Origin: Thermoproteota archaeon
GTDB taxonomy: Archaea > Thermoproteota > Methanomethylicia > Methanomethylicales > Methanomethylicaceae
Length of the DNA: 64,000 nucleotides
Assembly (NCBI GenBank): GCA_029887765.1
Contig: JARXPF010000001.1
Location: 352,750-416,749, forward strand
Direction of reading: 5' to 3'
Part shown: positions 10,318 to 20,854 of the stretch, in pieces
Layout of the letters: each line of letters starts with the position of its first letter
How positions within the stretch are numbered: position 1 is the stretch's first letter
The notes under the pieces: generated by a model
Told to the model about the DNA's origin: nothing
The model's database searches: none
What the model saw: only the letters and a program-made list of their open reading frames with translations
Translations under genes and position numbers: made by a program

Positions 10318-10666
10318 TTTTTTCCTCCTTTACAACTAAATTTATTTGGACGATATCTTCTGTTATCATATTTCCCCTAATCAATTTCTTTCTCCTTTCT
10401 CCTTCTTTTTTAGGATGATAGCCAGGAGGGCCAGATAATAGAGCATATTTTTTTACCCCACCCTGTATATCAGGTCTCATTGGTATTCCACTTTTATCAC
10501 TCCCACCTGTTATTACTAATTTCTTACCAGGATAGCCAAAAGCTTCTCCATCCACATAGTCTCCTATCTTCAGTCCTATGAATATTCGCGCCATTTCATC
10601 TTTTACAGTAATGGTCTTAGATTTACCATCTTCTGGATTAGATACTACTAGTTTAAACTCTACCAA
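10310..10666 (-). CDS. rps6e: 30S ribosomal protein S6e
   Basis: ITGGSDKSGIPM, GERRKKLIRGN. Confidence 0.96.
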   Translation of the reverse strand: MVEFKLVVSNPEDGKSKTITVKDEMARIFIGLKIGDYVDGEAFGYPGKKLVITGGSDKSGIPMRPDIQGGVKKYALLSGPPGYHPKKEGERRKKLIRGNMITEDIVQINLVVKEEKNG

Positions 10667-10730
10667 CTACACCACCAGTTTTTTCTTTAATCAAAGTTCG
10701 AGGTTGACAATGTTTATAACTCTTTCGCAT

Positions 10731-12537
10731 TTATGATTCTACAGATTCTAATTCTTTATCTAAACGTAATTTTAAGATTTTATCTAATAATTCTAATTCT
10801 TCTTGTGAAAGTTTATCTTTAAATTTTTCTTTAAGTAAGAATATATCATTATCACTTACTGCTACATAAAGTAGTTCTCCTTCTTTTACTTGCCTACCTA
10901 CTATGAAATCTCCTTTAACTGATATTGCTACTTTATCACCTTTTTTTGCCAAATCTATGTTATTTCCACGATCTTGTATTTGCATAATTTCTCCTATTAT
11001 CTCACCATTTTCTTTCATTAAGGGATAGCCTGGCTTTATGCATCCTAATAAAACTTCAATACCAAAAATAGGTGGAGAGCTTCTTCTAAAGACATATCCA
11101 GGAAGAACTTTTATAACTCCAGGAAGAATAACTTGACTAAATTCTTTAGAACGCATTTCTTCAATAATTTTTGTATGCCAAGCTTTAAAATCATCAACTA
11201 TATGATATATTACATTACTAATAAAAATGGGAATTCCTCTATTTTTAGCTTCTATACTTGCTTCTTGAGTAATATTTATATTAAAACCTAGTATTGCTCC
11301 AAGTTCTGGTTTTTTTCTTTTAACAATAGTTGCTTCTATAATATCTTTTTTACTAATTGGACCAATATCTGATATTCTCACTGGAATGCCTGAAGATTTT
11401 AAAAATTTTACTAATGCTTCAAGCGATCCAAGTGTATCTGCTTTTACTATAACACCATTAATATCAGAGGAAAATCTCAATTCTGTCATTTCTTCTTTTA
11501 TTCTATTCTTTGCAAGTTCAATAGATGCTTCATCATTTGCTACTATTACTGGTGCCCCACCTACAGCATCTTCTAATCCTGGTGCTACAATTTTAACTCC
11601 TGCAGCAGCCACAACTTTTTCAGTAGCAATAAACTTATCCTCAGGATCTCTTATTTCATTTAAAGGTTTTGGAAGTAAAATTGCTCTTATTTTTGTTACA
11701 ATTGGACCTTTTAACCCTCCAACAACAATTGTGTCTCCTTTCTTTACTATTCCATTAAAAATAATTACATCAATAGTTTTTCCCAATCCTGGATCTTCCT
11801 TAGTTTCAAGTACAACTCCCTCTCCAGGACCTTCTGTAGTTAATAAACGATCTGTTAAATATTGTTGTGTAAGTCCACAAATTAAAGCAAGAAGCTCTGG
11901 AATACCTTCACCAGTAAGAGCACTTGTAGGAACTATGGCAACAGTCCTTGTAAAGTCTTTTATTCTATCATATCTATCAGATGAAAAGCCAAATCTTGCA
12001 AGTTCACCAATTATCTTATTTATCATTTCATCAAGTCTATTTCTTACATAGGATTCTTGAAGTTTGTAAGATTCTATAAATGATTTATTTGGATATGGCT
12101 TCCATCCTGGAATTTTGTCTATCTTATTTGCTGCTACTACAAAAGGAGTTTTACGAGATCTTAATATTTCTATACATTCTTCAGTTTGACGTTCAACACC
12201 TTTTAGAATATCAATAACTAATATTGCAATATCAGATACTGCTCCACCTCTAAATCTTAAATTTGAAAATACTTCATGTCCAGGAGTATCAATAACTAAT
12301 ATCCCAGGTACTTTAAGTTTAGCTTCAAATCCCTTTATAACAGAGCTACAATATTTAATAATAACATCTGTAGGTAAGAAACTGGCACCTATATGTTGGG
12401 TTTGCCACTGCTTTTTAAGCAGTCATGGCCCCAACTTCACGTGCCATTACACTTGTTCCTCTTATTTTATCTAATAATAGAGTTTTTCCAACATCAACAT
12501 GACCTAAAACAGTAACTATTGGTTGTCTTATTGGCAT
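10731..12537 (-). CDS. infB: Translation initiation factor aIF5B/IF-2, intron-split: exon 1 12424-12537 (38 codons), exon 2 10731-12401; spliced product 594 aa
   Basis: Exon 1 reads [38 protein letters not shown]. Exon 2 reads [10 protein letters not shown]...DTPGHE...NKID with no stop and in frame with the 10731..12026 ORF. Confidence 0.93.
12402..12423 (-). other. 22-nt bulge-helix-bulge (tRNA-type) intron in infB mRNA
   Basis: Minus strand GTTGGG GCCA TG^A CTGCTT AAA AAGCAG TGGC AA^A CCCAAC: 6-bp outer helix, 4-bp central helix, two 3-nt bulges, 6-bp inner helix; contains in-frame TAA. Confidence 0.9.
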
Positions 12538-12568
12538 GTTCTCACCCTTTAAGATATAAAAAAACTTT

Positions 12569-13018
12569 CTAATAAACAAAAGCCTCATCAAGACGTGAAT
12601 AATTTAAGAGATCATTTTCTTTAAAAAATATAGAAAGTTCTTTTTTAGCATTTTCTAAAGAATCTGAAGCATGAATCACATTCATACTTTTTGAACATGA
12701 AAAATCTCCTCGAATAGTACCAGGAGGAGCTTCTTTTGAATCTGTTGGACCAATAATTTTACGCATAATAGAAATAGCACTTTCTCCTTCTATTGCCATA
12801 ACAACAACAGGAGCAGATCTTATAAATTTTATTAAATCATTATAAAATGGTTTATCTCTATGAACTTCATATAATTTTGAAGCTTCTTCTTCAGATAATT
12901 TTATCATTTTCATTCCTACAATTTTCAAACCTTTTCGTTCTATTCTAGAGATGATCTCTCCTATAAGACCACGAAGTACTGCATCAGGTTTTATCATAAC
13001 AAAAGTCCTTTCAATCAT
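12569..13018 (-). CDS. ndk: Nucleoside diphosphate kinase
   Basis: [24 protein letters not shown]. Confidence 0.97.
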   Translation of the reverse strand: MIERTFVMIKPDAVLRGLIGEIISRIERKGLKIVGMKMIKLSEEEASKLYEVHRDKPFYNDLIKFIRSAPVVVMAIEGESAISIMRKIIGPTDSKEAPPGTIRGDFSCSKSMNVIHASDSLENAKKELSIFFKENDLLNYSRLDEAFVY

Positions 13019-13209
13019 TTAATTGTCACTCCAGAAGCCCACTTTAAATATTTAGGATTTCTTTTAAGATATAACATATTTTTTCTACATTTACTAGAAC
13101 AAAAACGTAATATTGTACCATCATTTTTTACATACATTATTCCAGTACCAGGTTCTATTTTCTTACTACAAAAAGAACATTTAAATATAGAGACCATGAT
13201 TATCACCAA
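13015..13209 (-). CDS. rpl24e: 50S ribosomal protein L24e
   Basis: CSFC..IEPGTG.MYV..DG...FCSSKC. Confidence 0.96.
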   Translation of the reverse strand: MVIIMVSIFKCSFCSKKIEPGTGIMYVKNDGTILRFCSSKCRKNMLYLKRNPKYLKWASGVTIK

Positions 13210-13217
13210 ATAAAAAA

Positions 13218-13436
13218 TTATCTTGGTGTTAATTTCTTAGCCTCGCGCTCTGTCTCTCTTAGCATTAATATATCTCCGACTCTCACTGGACCTTTTACAT
13301 TTCTAGTAAGAATTCTACCTTTATCCTTTCCTTCTAACACACGAACTCTTACTTGTATAACTTCTCCAGTAACTCCAGTACGACCTATTAATTGAATCAC
13401 TTCAGCAGGATAAGCCTCGCTAGACTCACTACTCAT
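13218..13436 (-). CDS. rps28e: 30S ribosomal protein S28e
   Basis: [24 protein letters not shown]. Confidence 0.97.
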   Translation of the reverse strand: MSSESSEAYPAEVIQLIGRTGVTGEVIQVRVRVLEGKDKGRILTRNVKGPVRVGDILMLRETEREAKKLTPR

Positions 13437-13451
13437 TAATTATCCCCTGAA

Positions 13452-13919
13452 CTATTGTTCTTTCTTTTTCTTCTTTGGTTTCTCTTCTTTTGGTTTTTCT
13501 TCCTTTGGTTTTTCTTCTTTCGGTGCTTCTTCTTTTGGTGCTTCTCCTTTGAATCTAATTTCAGAAACCTTTGCAACAATTTCATCCATTAGTGGTTTTC
13601 CTTTTCCAGGGTCTATTATGGCAACTGCTGATGCTGCAACCTCTATACCAGCAGCTTCTCCAAGTTTACTTTTTGAATCTACATATACATATGGAATTTT
13701 CTTTTCATCTGAAAGTAAAGGTAAGTGGGCTACAATCTCTGGTGGATCTACATCTTGTGCAATTACTAAGAGTTTTGCTAAATTTCTTTCCACTGCTTTT
13801 GTTGATTCATTTGCACCCTTCTTTATTTTTCCACTTTCAGCAGCTAGTTTAACACATTCATATACTTTTTCCATCAATTCTGATGGCACTTCAAATGTTA
13901 CATATATTGGTTTAGACAT
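13452..13919 (-). CDS. rpl7ae: 50S ribosomal protein L7Ae with charged C-terminal extension
   Basis: [37 protein letters not shown]. Confidence 0.97.
   Translation of the reverse strand: MSKPIYVTFEVPSELMEKVYECVKLAAESGKIKKGANESTKAVERNLAKLLVIAQDVDPPEIVAHLPLLSDEKKIPYVYVDSKSKLGEAAGIEVAASAVAIIDPGKGKPLMDEIVAKVSEIRFKGEAPKEEAPKEEKPKEEKPKEEKPKKKKKEQ
13470..13548 (-). repeat. Imperfect 15-nt tandem repeat encoding (PKEE[A/K])n at the L7Ae C-terminus
   Basis: Protein ends [31 protein letters not shown]; repeated tttggtttttcttc-like units on + strand. Confidence 0.85.
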
Positions 13920-13987
13920 TATCCCTCATCCTCTTTCATCGTTCATTTTCTAGGAAAAAAGTAAAAGGGGTTTATGAGCTTTTTGGT

Positions 13988-15709
13988 TTAATCATGAGTG
14001 TAATAACCAATAAGTTTATTATTAATTTTATAGAGTCTTACAAATCCAAATCTATAAAATTGAAAACTATTTGGTAGAGACTCTTTTAAGACATTATCAT
14101 CTACTATGCCATTGATAATACTACCATCCTTCATTATTATTGATATTTCAACACCTACTCCATGAGGAAGCCATTGAATTATAGGAGAATTAAGTTTTTT
14201 AATATCTAAAATATCTTCACTAAAGTAATTGAATTCGGTTTGAGAAATTTTTTTAATATTAAATAAATTCATTAATCTTAAAATTGCTCCGTTATTTAAT
14301 TCTGATACGTCTTTGTTTTGAACCAATACTACACTAGAACCAGAGTTTATTTTATATTTAATAAATCCCCATTCTGGATGATCTGGATGTAGAGGAATTT
14401 TTGCTTCAAAATCCTTTGGAATTCCTTTAATTGTAATTGTAATAGGTTCTTGAAGAAATATAAAACGCTTAGTTAATGGATCCAAAATTTTTCTATTTAT
14501 TGCTTCAAGATTTTCCCAACTTATGGTAGCTTCAGAAGGTTTTATTCCTACTTCAATTATTATTTGTCTAATAGTATCTGGTAAAATACCACGTTTTCTC
14601 AAAGCTGCAATTGTACCAAGACGTGGATCACTCCAATCCATAAATTTTCCTTCTTCTATTCCTTGACGCATTTTTGATTTACTTAATATAGTGCCTTCTA
14701 TTTTAAGACGACCATAATGTATTACTTCAGGATACTCCCATCCAAAGTATTTATAGAGATACAATTGTCTAATTGTATTTATTTCATGTTCCTTTCCACG
14801 TAATATATGAGTTATTCCCATGAGATGATCATCTATAGCACATGCAAAATTATAAAGAGGCCATACACGATATTTACTTCCTTGTAGAGGATGAGGTTTT
14901 GGATCTATACGCATAGCAGGCCAATCTCTAACAGCTGGATTTGGATGGTTCAAGTCTGTTTTAATTCTCATAACAGCTTCTCCTTTTTTAAATTCACCAT
15001 TTAACATCTTACTCCATCTTTTCAGATGCTCTTCCACTGGAAGTTCTCTACATGGGCATGGTATACTTGAAGCGATTAATTTACGAAATGATTCTGGATT
15101 ACAAGTACATACATATGCTCCATTAATTTCAATTATTTTTTCAGCATAATCATAATAAATTTCCATTCTTTGAGATTGAATATACTCTTCATGCCAATTA
15201 ATACCAAGCCATTTAAGATCTTCACGTATGGCATCATATGCTTCAATCATAGGAGGTTTTACTGATGGAGAAGTATCTTCAAATCTAAGAATAAAAATAC
15301 CATTATACATTTTTGCATATTCATCATTAAGTATAGCTGCACGTGAATTACCAAGATGAATGGCAAAATCAGGATTGGGTGCAAATCTTACTTTAATCCT
15401 AGTATACTTTTGAGCATTTGGTAAAGGTGGAAGAATGTGTTTTTGTTCTTTTGGTTTCTCTTTTGAAATAAATATACCAAGTTTTTTAGCTAAATCTTGT
15501 TGCTCATTAATATTCATGGAATTTATTTCTAATACTACAATATTTGATAATTTGAATATTTCTTGTGCCATTTGCTTTAAATCAGGTCTTTCAGATAATA
15601 CTTTTCCAACAACAGCTTTAACTTCAGCCTTACCTCCATATTTTATAGCATTAATGAGAGCATGTTTTTTAATTAATGTAATAATTTCTTCATGAGACAT
15701 TTTAATCAC
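13988..15709 (-). CDS. gltX: Glutamate--tRNA ligase
   Basis: RFAPNP..HLGN, LRFEDT, LRGKEH, LSKS; archaeal N-terminal extension. Confidence 0.97.
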   Translation of the reverse strand: MIKMSHEEIITLIKKHALINAIKYGGKAEVKAVVGKVLSERPDLKQMAQEIFKLSNIVVLEINSMNINEQQDLAKKLGIFISKEKPKEQKHILPPLPNAQKYTRIKVRFAPNPDFAIHLGNSRAAILNDEYAKMYNGIFILRFEDTSPSVKPPMIEAYDAIREDLKWLGINWHEEYIQSQRMEIYYDYAEKIIEINGAYVCTCNPESFRKLIASSIPCPCRELPVEEHLKRWSKMLNGEFKKGEAVMRIKTDLNHPNPAVRDWPAMRIDPKPHPLQGSKYRVWPLYNFACAIDDHLMGITHILRGKEHEINTIRQLYLYKYFGWEYPEVIHYGRLKIEGTILSKSKMRQGIEEGKFMDWSDPRLGTIAALRKRGILPDTIRQIIIEVGIKPSEATISWENLEAINRKILDPLTKRFIFLQEPITITIKGIPKDFEAKIPLHPDHPEWGFIKYKINSGSSVVLVQNKDVSELNNGAILRLMNLFNIKKISQTEFNYFSEDILDIKKLNSPIIQWLPHGVGVEISIIMKDGSIINGIVDDNVLKESLPNSFQFYRFGFVRLYKINNKLIGYYTHD

Positions 15710-16674
15710 TTAATTCTAGATATAGCATATTTTGCAAGTTCTATCAAGTCTTTTTTTGCTTCAGATTCTGGAAATTCAATAATGGAATTAATTGCAATAT
15801 TAATATAAGACTTGGCTTTATTTAGAACATATTCATCTATGCCTTGTTGCTTTATTTCATCTATTAATTCATAAATTTCTTGATTGGAAATATCTTTTTT
15901 GCCTAAAATTTTTAATAAATAGTCTCTAATTGGAGAGGATAGAGCTTTTATAACAATTAAAGTTTTTTTACCTTCTCTTATGTCATTTCCAATAGGTTTC
16001 CCAAGAATTTCTTCTTTTGAAAAAAGTCCTAAATAATCATCAAATATTTGAAAACCTATGCCTATGTTACTACCATATTCTCCTAAGAGTTTTATTGCAT
16101 TTTCATCTCCTCCACCTATTAATCCACCAATTTCTGCACTTGCTTTAAAAAGAGCTCCAGTTTTTTTATAAACCATTGTTAAATACTCTTCCTCAGTCAC
16201 ATCCATTCTTTTTTCAAAAATCATATCTAAACTTTGACCTTCAGAGATTGTTATAGTAGTATCTGCCATAATTTTGGCAGCTTTAATTAATCGCTCATAA
16301 TTAACATGAGGAGAAGATAATAATAATTGAAAAGCTTTTGCAAAAAGTAAATCTCCAGCTAATATCCCCATGGGTATTCCCCATAAAGTATGAACAGTTG
16401 GAACGCCTCTTCTAAGAATATCATTATCCATTATATCATCATGCACTAGTGTGAAATTATGAAGAAGTTCAATTGCAGTAGCAGCAGGTAGTGCTACTTC
16501 TATATTCCCACCAACTAATTCACAAGATTTAATAACTAAGAATGGACGTAATCTCTTTCCTCCATGACTTGGTAAGTGAAAAGCTGCTTTATAGAGAATA
16601 TCTGTACCATATAAGGAATTTTCAATTATCTGATTAATAATAGAAGAAATTTGTTTAAGTTTTAACTCTATCAA
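15706..16674 (-). CDS. Geranylgeranyl diphosphate synthase
   Basis: GGKRLRP, HNFTLVHDDIMDND..RRG, GQSLD, FQIFDD. Confidence 0.95.
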   Translation of the reverse strand: MIELKLKQISSIINQIIENSLYGTDILYKAAFHLPSHGGKRLRPFLVIKSCELVGGNIEVALPAATAIELLHNFTLVHDDIMDNDILRRGVPTVHTLWGIPMGILAGDLLFAKAFQLLLSSPHVNYERLIKAAKIMADTTITISEGQSLDMIFEKRMDVTEEEYLTMVYKKTGALFKASAEIGGLIGGGDENAIKLLGEYGSNIGIGFQIFDDYLGLFSKEEILGKPIGNDIREGKKTLIVIKALSSPIRDYLLKILGKKDISNQEIYELIDEIKQQGIDEYVLNKAKSYINIAINSIIEFPESEAKKDLIELAKYAISRIK

Positions 16675-17746
16675 TCCCTCTCACCTTCAAATCTCTTTGA
16701 ATAATCCAATTTAATAATTCTCCTTTTATAACAATAGGTACTGATTTTAATTCTTTAATATTTCTACATCCCAAAAGAACAAGGATTGTCCTAAGTTCAT
16801 TAATTCTATTTTCTAAATATTCAATTACTTCTTTATAACTAGAAAAAGCTAATGGCAATAACGGTCTTGCTATGCCTACCAAATCTGCACCTAAAGCAAT
16901 GGATTTTGCAATATGAAGACCATTTCTAATTCCACCTGAAGCTATAACTTTAATTTTTGATCCAAGGGATATAACTTCACATAAACTCATTGCAGTAGGT
17001 ATTCCCCAATCCCAAAGAGTTTCAGCTATTTTTACTTTTAAAATTTCTCCTTTTTGTTTTGCATTATAAAATTCCACAGCAGCCCAGCTTGTTCCACCAG
17101 AACCTGCTACATCAATAGCAGAGACTCCAACATTAATGAGTTTTTCTGCAACCTCTTTAGATATACCACATCCAGTTTCTTTTATAATTATTGGTACATT
17201 AATCCAATTAACAATATTAGAAATTTTTTCCAAAATTCCTTTAAACTTTATATCCCCTCCTGGTTGAACTAATTCTTGTAATGGATTCAAATGAATTGAA
17301 AGTGCATCAGCATTTATCATTGATATTGCCTTTTCTACATAATACTTATAGTTATCACTTAAAAGCTGAGCACCACCTATATTTGCAATTACTAAGATGT
17401 CATTTGATACTTCTCTTACAATTCGAAAAGTATCTTCAAGTTGAGGATTTTCAATAGCAGCACGTTGACTTCCAACATACATTCCAATATTAATTTGAGA
17501 AGCTGCTTTTGCTAAATTTTCATTCAATTTTTTTGCTTCATTATGTCCTCCAGTCATTGCTGAAATTAAAATTGGGGCAGATAATTTTTTTCCAAATAAA
17601 TTTATTGATAAATCAATTTCTTCTAAATCTACTTCTGGAAGGGCACAATGTATTAATTCTATATCATCAAAATGTGTACTTTTTCTATAAGAAACATCAT
17701 AGTCTTTGCAAATTAAAATATGAGATAATTTTCTATCAGATATCAA
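16655..17746 (-). CDS. fni: Type 2 isopentenyl-diphosphate isomerase
   Basis: RKLSH, AMTGG, GSQR, HLNPLQE, KETGCG, ASGGIR. Confidence 0.96.
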   Translation of the reverse strand: MISDRKLSHILICKDYDVSYRKSTHFDDIELIHCALPEVDLEEIDLSINLFGKKLSAPILISAMTGGHNEAKKLNENLAKAASQINIGMYVGSQRAAIENPQLEDTFRIVREVSNDILVIANIGGAQLLSDNYKYYVEKAISMINADALSIHLNPLQELVQPGGDIKFKGILEKISNIVNWINVPIIIKETGCGISKEVAEKLINVGVSAIDVAGSGGTSWAAVEFYNAKQKGEILKVKIAETLWDWGIPTAMSLCEVISLGSKIKVIASGGIRNGLHIAKSIALGADLVGIARPLLPLAFSSYKEVIEYLENRINELRTILVLLGCRNIKELKSVPIVIKGELLNWIIQRDLKVRGIDRVKT

Positions 17747-18510
17747 TCAACATCAACTCTTGTACATATTATATTTTCTCCTAGTAGTAATTTAGTAAGT
17801 AAACCAGGACGGGTTATATTAAATATTATGGAGGTTTTTCCTCCTTTAATTAAATATTCCTTTATTTCAGAGAGTTTACCTAACATTCCTCCTGTAACAT
17901 CATACTTTGAATATTCAATTTTTGATGTTAAAGAATCTATTTCTGATAATTTTATTTTAGGTATGATATCTCCATTAATAATAATTCCATCAACATTTGT
18001 TCCAAATATCAAAGCTTTAGCATTGAATTTAATCGCAAGTATTGAAGCAATTTTATCACCAGATAATATTTTAAAACCATGTGATTGATTAGCTATTACA
18101 TCACCTCCCAATATTGGAATTAAACCATTCTTTAATGAAAGTTCAATTGGATTTAAAAAAAATTGTAATTCTCCATTAATTATTGAAAAAATACTTGAAG
18201 AATTAATTGGAAATACTGGAATATTATATTTTAAGAAATATTCACAAATTATTTTTGTAAGTGATAGCATTGCATAATGAATTTCTGATATGCCTTTTGG
18301 ATTTTTTAATATTCCATTATATAAATACTTCTTTGCAACAAAATGGCCGAAAGATCCTCCACCATGAACTATTATTATTGATGGTAATTTATCTAATTTG
18401 GAAAGTTCAAATGCAATATTTTCTATTACTTCTAAATTAGGAGTCATTGGAGTATCTTTTTTTGTAATAGCACTTCCTCCAAGCTTTATTACATATTCAA
18501 TATTATGCAA
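17743..18510 (-). CDS. ipk: Isopentenyl phosphate kinase
   Basis: IKLGGSAITKK, HGGGSFGH, LSGD, DVTGGMLGK. Confidence 0.93.
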   Translation of the reverse strand: MHNIEYVIKLGGSAITKKDTPMTPNLEVIENIAFELSKLDKLPSIIIVHGGGSFGHFVAKKYLYNGILKNPKGISEIHYAMLSLTKIICEYFLKYNIPVFPINSSSIFSIINGELQFFLNPIELSLKNGLIPILGGDVIANQSHGFKILSGDKIASILAIKFNAKALIFGTNVDGIIINGDIIPKIKLSEIDSLTSKIEYSKYDVTGGMLGKLSEIKEYLIKGGKTSIIFNITRPGLLTKLLLGENIICTRVDVD

Positions 18511-19321
18511 TCTCTCTCACTCCATATTTTACAAAATGGTACTTTTGATACTTATTATATTGTAAAAAACTATTTGATGTTAAGATTATTTCACCTAATA
18601 CATCTCCAGCTAATATGACTTTACCACCATAGATATTTTTTATTTTAGAAACACTCATTAAATCCTTTGGTTTTACTAAACCCATAGTAAGAGAAATCCC
18701 AGATTCTATTAACATAAGGCGACCTAATTTTTTTGAATCTCCATCTCTTACAGCTTTACCGCCTTCTATTGTAATATGTCCTATAGTATGAAGCATTGGT
18801 TGATAAAGTTCTGGAAATTCATTAGCAAATTTTTTAATAATTCTATTTTGAGATTTATTTTTGTTCTTTAAATTAATTAATATTGTAGAATCAAGTTTAC
18901 CATTAATAGAAATTATACCTTCATTTTTTCTAAATATTACAAAACCACCAGAAAGAGCTGTAAGAGCTCTCATTAATTTAATTAAAGATGCTCCATTTAA
19001 TTTACTCATTAACTCAACTATATCATACTCAGAGATCTTGTCCCCTATTAAGTACAGTATTGATGTTAATGATATAAAATCATTATTAGGAGGGTTTATG
19101 TTAAATTCAAAATAAAGATTTTTTTTAGAAAAATAATTTTCCATTATTTTTTTTATAGATTTATCTATTATTGGTATTACTATCTTATTTGAGTTATAAA
19201 ATGAAATTTCAGCTTCAATTAAAAAACTTATTGTAGAAAAAAGAGCAGGATTATTAGTATCAATAAAAGCTTCTCCAAGAATAGGTATAGAAAAGGGAAT
19301 GCTGAGCCTAATTTTATCCAC
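18503..19321 (-). CDS. Degenerate mevalonate-kinase-like (GHMP fold) protein
   Basis: Occupies the mvk position; residual P..I.LGE, LSGG.V.F, LG.LM, GGK motifs but catalytic motifs absent. Confidence 0.65.
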   Translation of the reverse strand: MDKIRLSIPFSIPILGEAFIDTNNPALFSTISFLIEAEISFYNSNKIVIPIIDKSIKKIMENYFSKKNLYFEFNINPPNNDFISLTSILYLIGDKISEYDIVELMSKLNGASLIKLMRALTALSGGFVIFRKNEGIISINGKLDSTILINLKNKNKSQNRIIKKFANEFPELYQPMLHTIGHITIEGGKAVRDGDSKKLGRLMLIESGISLTMGLVKPKDLMSVSKIKNIYGGKVILAGDVLGEIILTSNSFLQYNKYQKYHFVKYGVREIA

Positions 19322-19328
19322 TCAATAT

Positions 19329-20201
19329 TCACCTAATCATTATATAGCATCCATAGCCTACAACTTCATTTTTATAACCAGAAGTATCTCCTGATGTAGC
19401 ATAACAAAGACGTTTACACTCACTTGTACCCAATTCTTTTGCAGCTACTATGGTTGTCATAACAGGACCTGGCCCACACATGCTTATATCTTCTTTAATT
19501 ATAACTTCACTTAAAGCCTTTGCATCCATTTTTAATATACATTCACCTGCTAATGCATCCTTCTTATAAGCTTCTGAATAAGGAACATAATGTGAAAAAT
19601 CTGTACTTGCAATTATTAATGAAGATCTTCCACGAAGAATTTTTGATAAACTCATTCCAAGTTCAAAAGAAGTTTCATAATCTTGTAATAACATACATAT
19701 TGGTAAAATTTTAAATTTTTCTTTATATATGAATTGAAGAAAAGGGATTTGAACTTCTATTGAATGTTCATATAAATGTGCAGATTCGTCTATTTCTGCA
19801 ATACCCTCTCTTGCTAATTCTTTTGCTAATTCCAAGTCTATTTCAACTTCACCTAAAGGAGTTATCCATTTTCCTCCTCCCCATACTGAAATACCTGCAC
19901 CCATTCCAGTATGATTTGGACCAATTATTACAATAATTTCTGGTGTAGGTTCTTTTGATATGTAGTAATACCCATGAGCTGCTACTGGACCTGAGTAAAT
20001 ATAACCAGCATGTGGAGAAATCAAACCTATCGAACTTCTTTTATCAGTTATAGAACCTGTAGGAAGCGCTCCTGGGCCAATTTTATGAAGAAAACACCAA
20101 CTTATTTGCTTTTTTAATCCTTCAGATGAGCCTTCATAGAATGTTCCGGCTACTGAAGGACGCCTAATCCTCAACTTCATATCCTCCGTATTCTTCTTCA
20201 C
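19329..20201 (-). CDS. MEMO1 family protein (AmmeMemoRadiSam protein B)
   Basis: [48 protein letters not shown]. Confidence 0.93.
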   Translation of the reverse strand: MKKNTEDMKLRIRRPSVAGTFYEGSSEGLKKQISWCFLHKIGPGALPTGSITDKRSSIGLISPHAGYIYSGPVAAHGYYYISKEPTPEIIVIIGPNHTGMGAGISVWGGGKWITPLGEVEIDLELAKELAREGIAEIDESAHLYEHSIEVQIPFLQFIYKEKFKILPICMLLQDYETSFELGMSLSKILRGRSSLIIASTDFSHYVPYSEAYKKDALAGECILKMDAKALSEVIIKEDISMCGPGPVMTTIVAAKELGTSECKRLCYATSGDTSGYKNEVVGYGCYIMIR

Positions 20202-20838
20202 CTACAAGTACTTTTGATTCGAAATCTTCTATAGTTGCTGTTAATTCAGCAGTAGGTGCAATTTCACCTCTTTCTCTTAGAATTTGTCTAGCTAATAACC
20301 AATATACTAATGCTAAAGATTTTCTTCCTTTATTATTTATTGGGATTGCTAAATCAATATATTGACATCTATTATCAGTATCACATAAACCTACAATAGG
20401 AATACCAACTTTAGTCGCTTCTAATATTGCTTGCCAATCTGCACGAGGATCTGTGACAATTACTACTTCAGGTTCCATATATGTTGGAAGCTTAGGATTA
20501 GTAAATGTACCAGGAATAAATCTACCAACTATGGCTTTTCCACCAATTGTAGTTGCAAATTTTTCAACAGGTTTAGCACCATACTGTCTTGCAGAAACAG
20601 CAAGTACTTTTTCAGGTTTAAATCTTGAAATGAATTTTGCAGCTATTCTTATTCTTTCATCAGTTTTTTTAACATCTAATATATAAAGACCATCAGGTCT
20701 TACTCTATATATAAATGGGCGCATATCATTTGTCTTAACATGAGTACCAATATGAATACCTGCAGCTAAGTAAACTTCAAGAGGTATTAATAACTCAGCA
20801 GTTTCTATTGTTGACATTTTCTTACCCTCAATTAGCAT
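20164..20838 (-). CDS. rps2: 30S ribosomal protein S2
   Basis: [32 protein letters not shown]. Confidence 0.97.
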   Translation of the reverse strand: MLIEGKKMSTIETAELLIPLEVYLAAGIHIGTHVKTNDMRPFIYRVRPDGLYILDVKKTDERIRIAAKFISRFKPEKVLAVSARQYGAKPVEKFATTIGGKAIVGRFIPGTFTNPKLPTYMEPEVVIVTDPRADWQAILEATKVGIPIVGLCDTDNRCQYIDLAIPINNKGRKSLALVYWLLARQILRERGEIAPTAELTATIEDFESKVLVGEEEYGGYEVED

Positions 20839-20854
20839 TGATATGTTAATTTAT

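Noticed and set aside
11386-12051. 221-aa + strand ORF and the many other short antisense ORFs in the track
   Set aside because: Shadows of well-conserved opposite-strand genes, with low-complexity Ser/Phe/Ile-rich translations
10731-12537. infB as a frameshifted pseudogene or sequencing error
   Set aside because: The insertion is exactly a canonical BHB intron whose predicted cuts restore frame and the conserved motif; both exons are otherwise intact and the gene is essential
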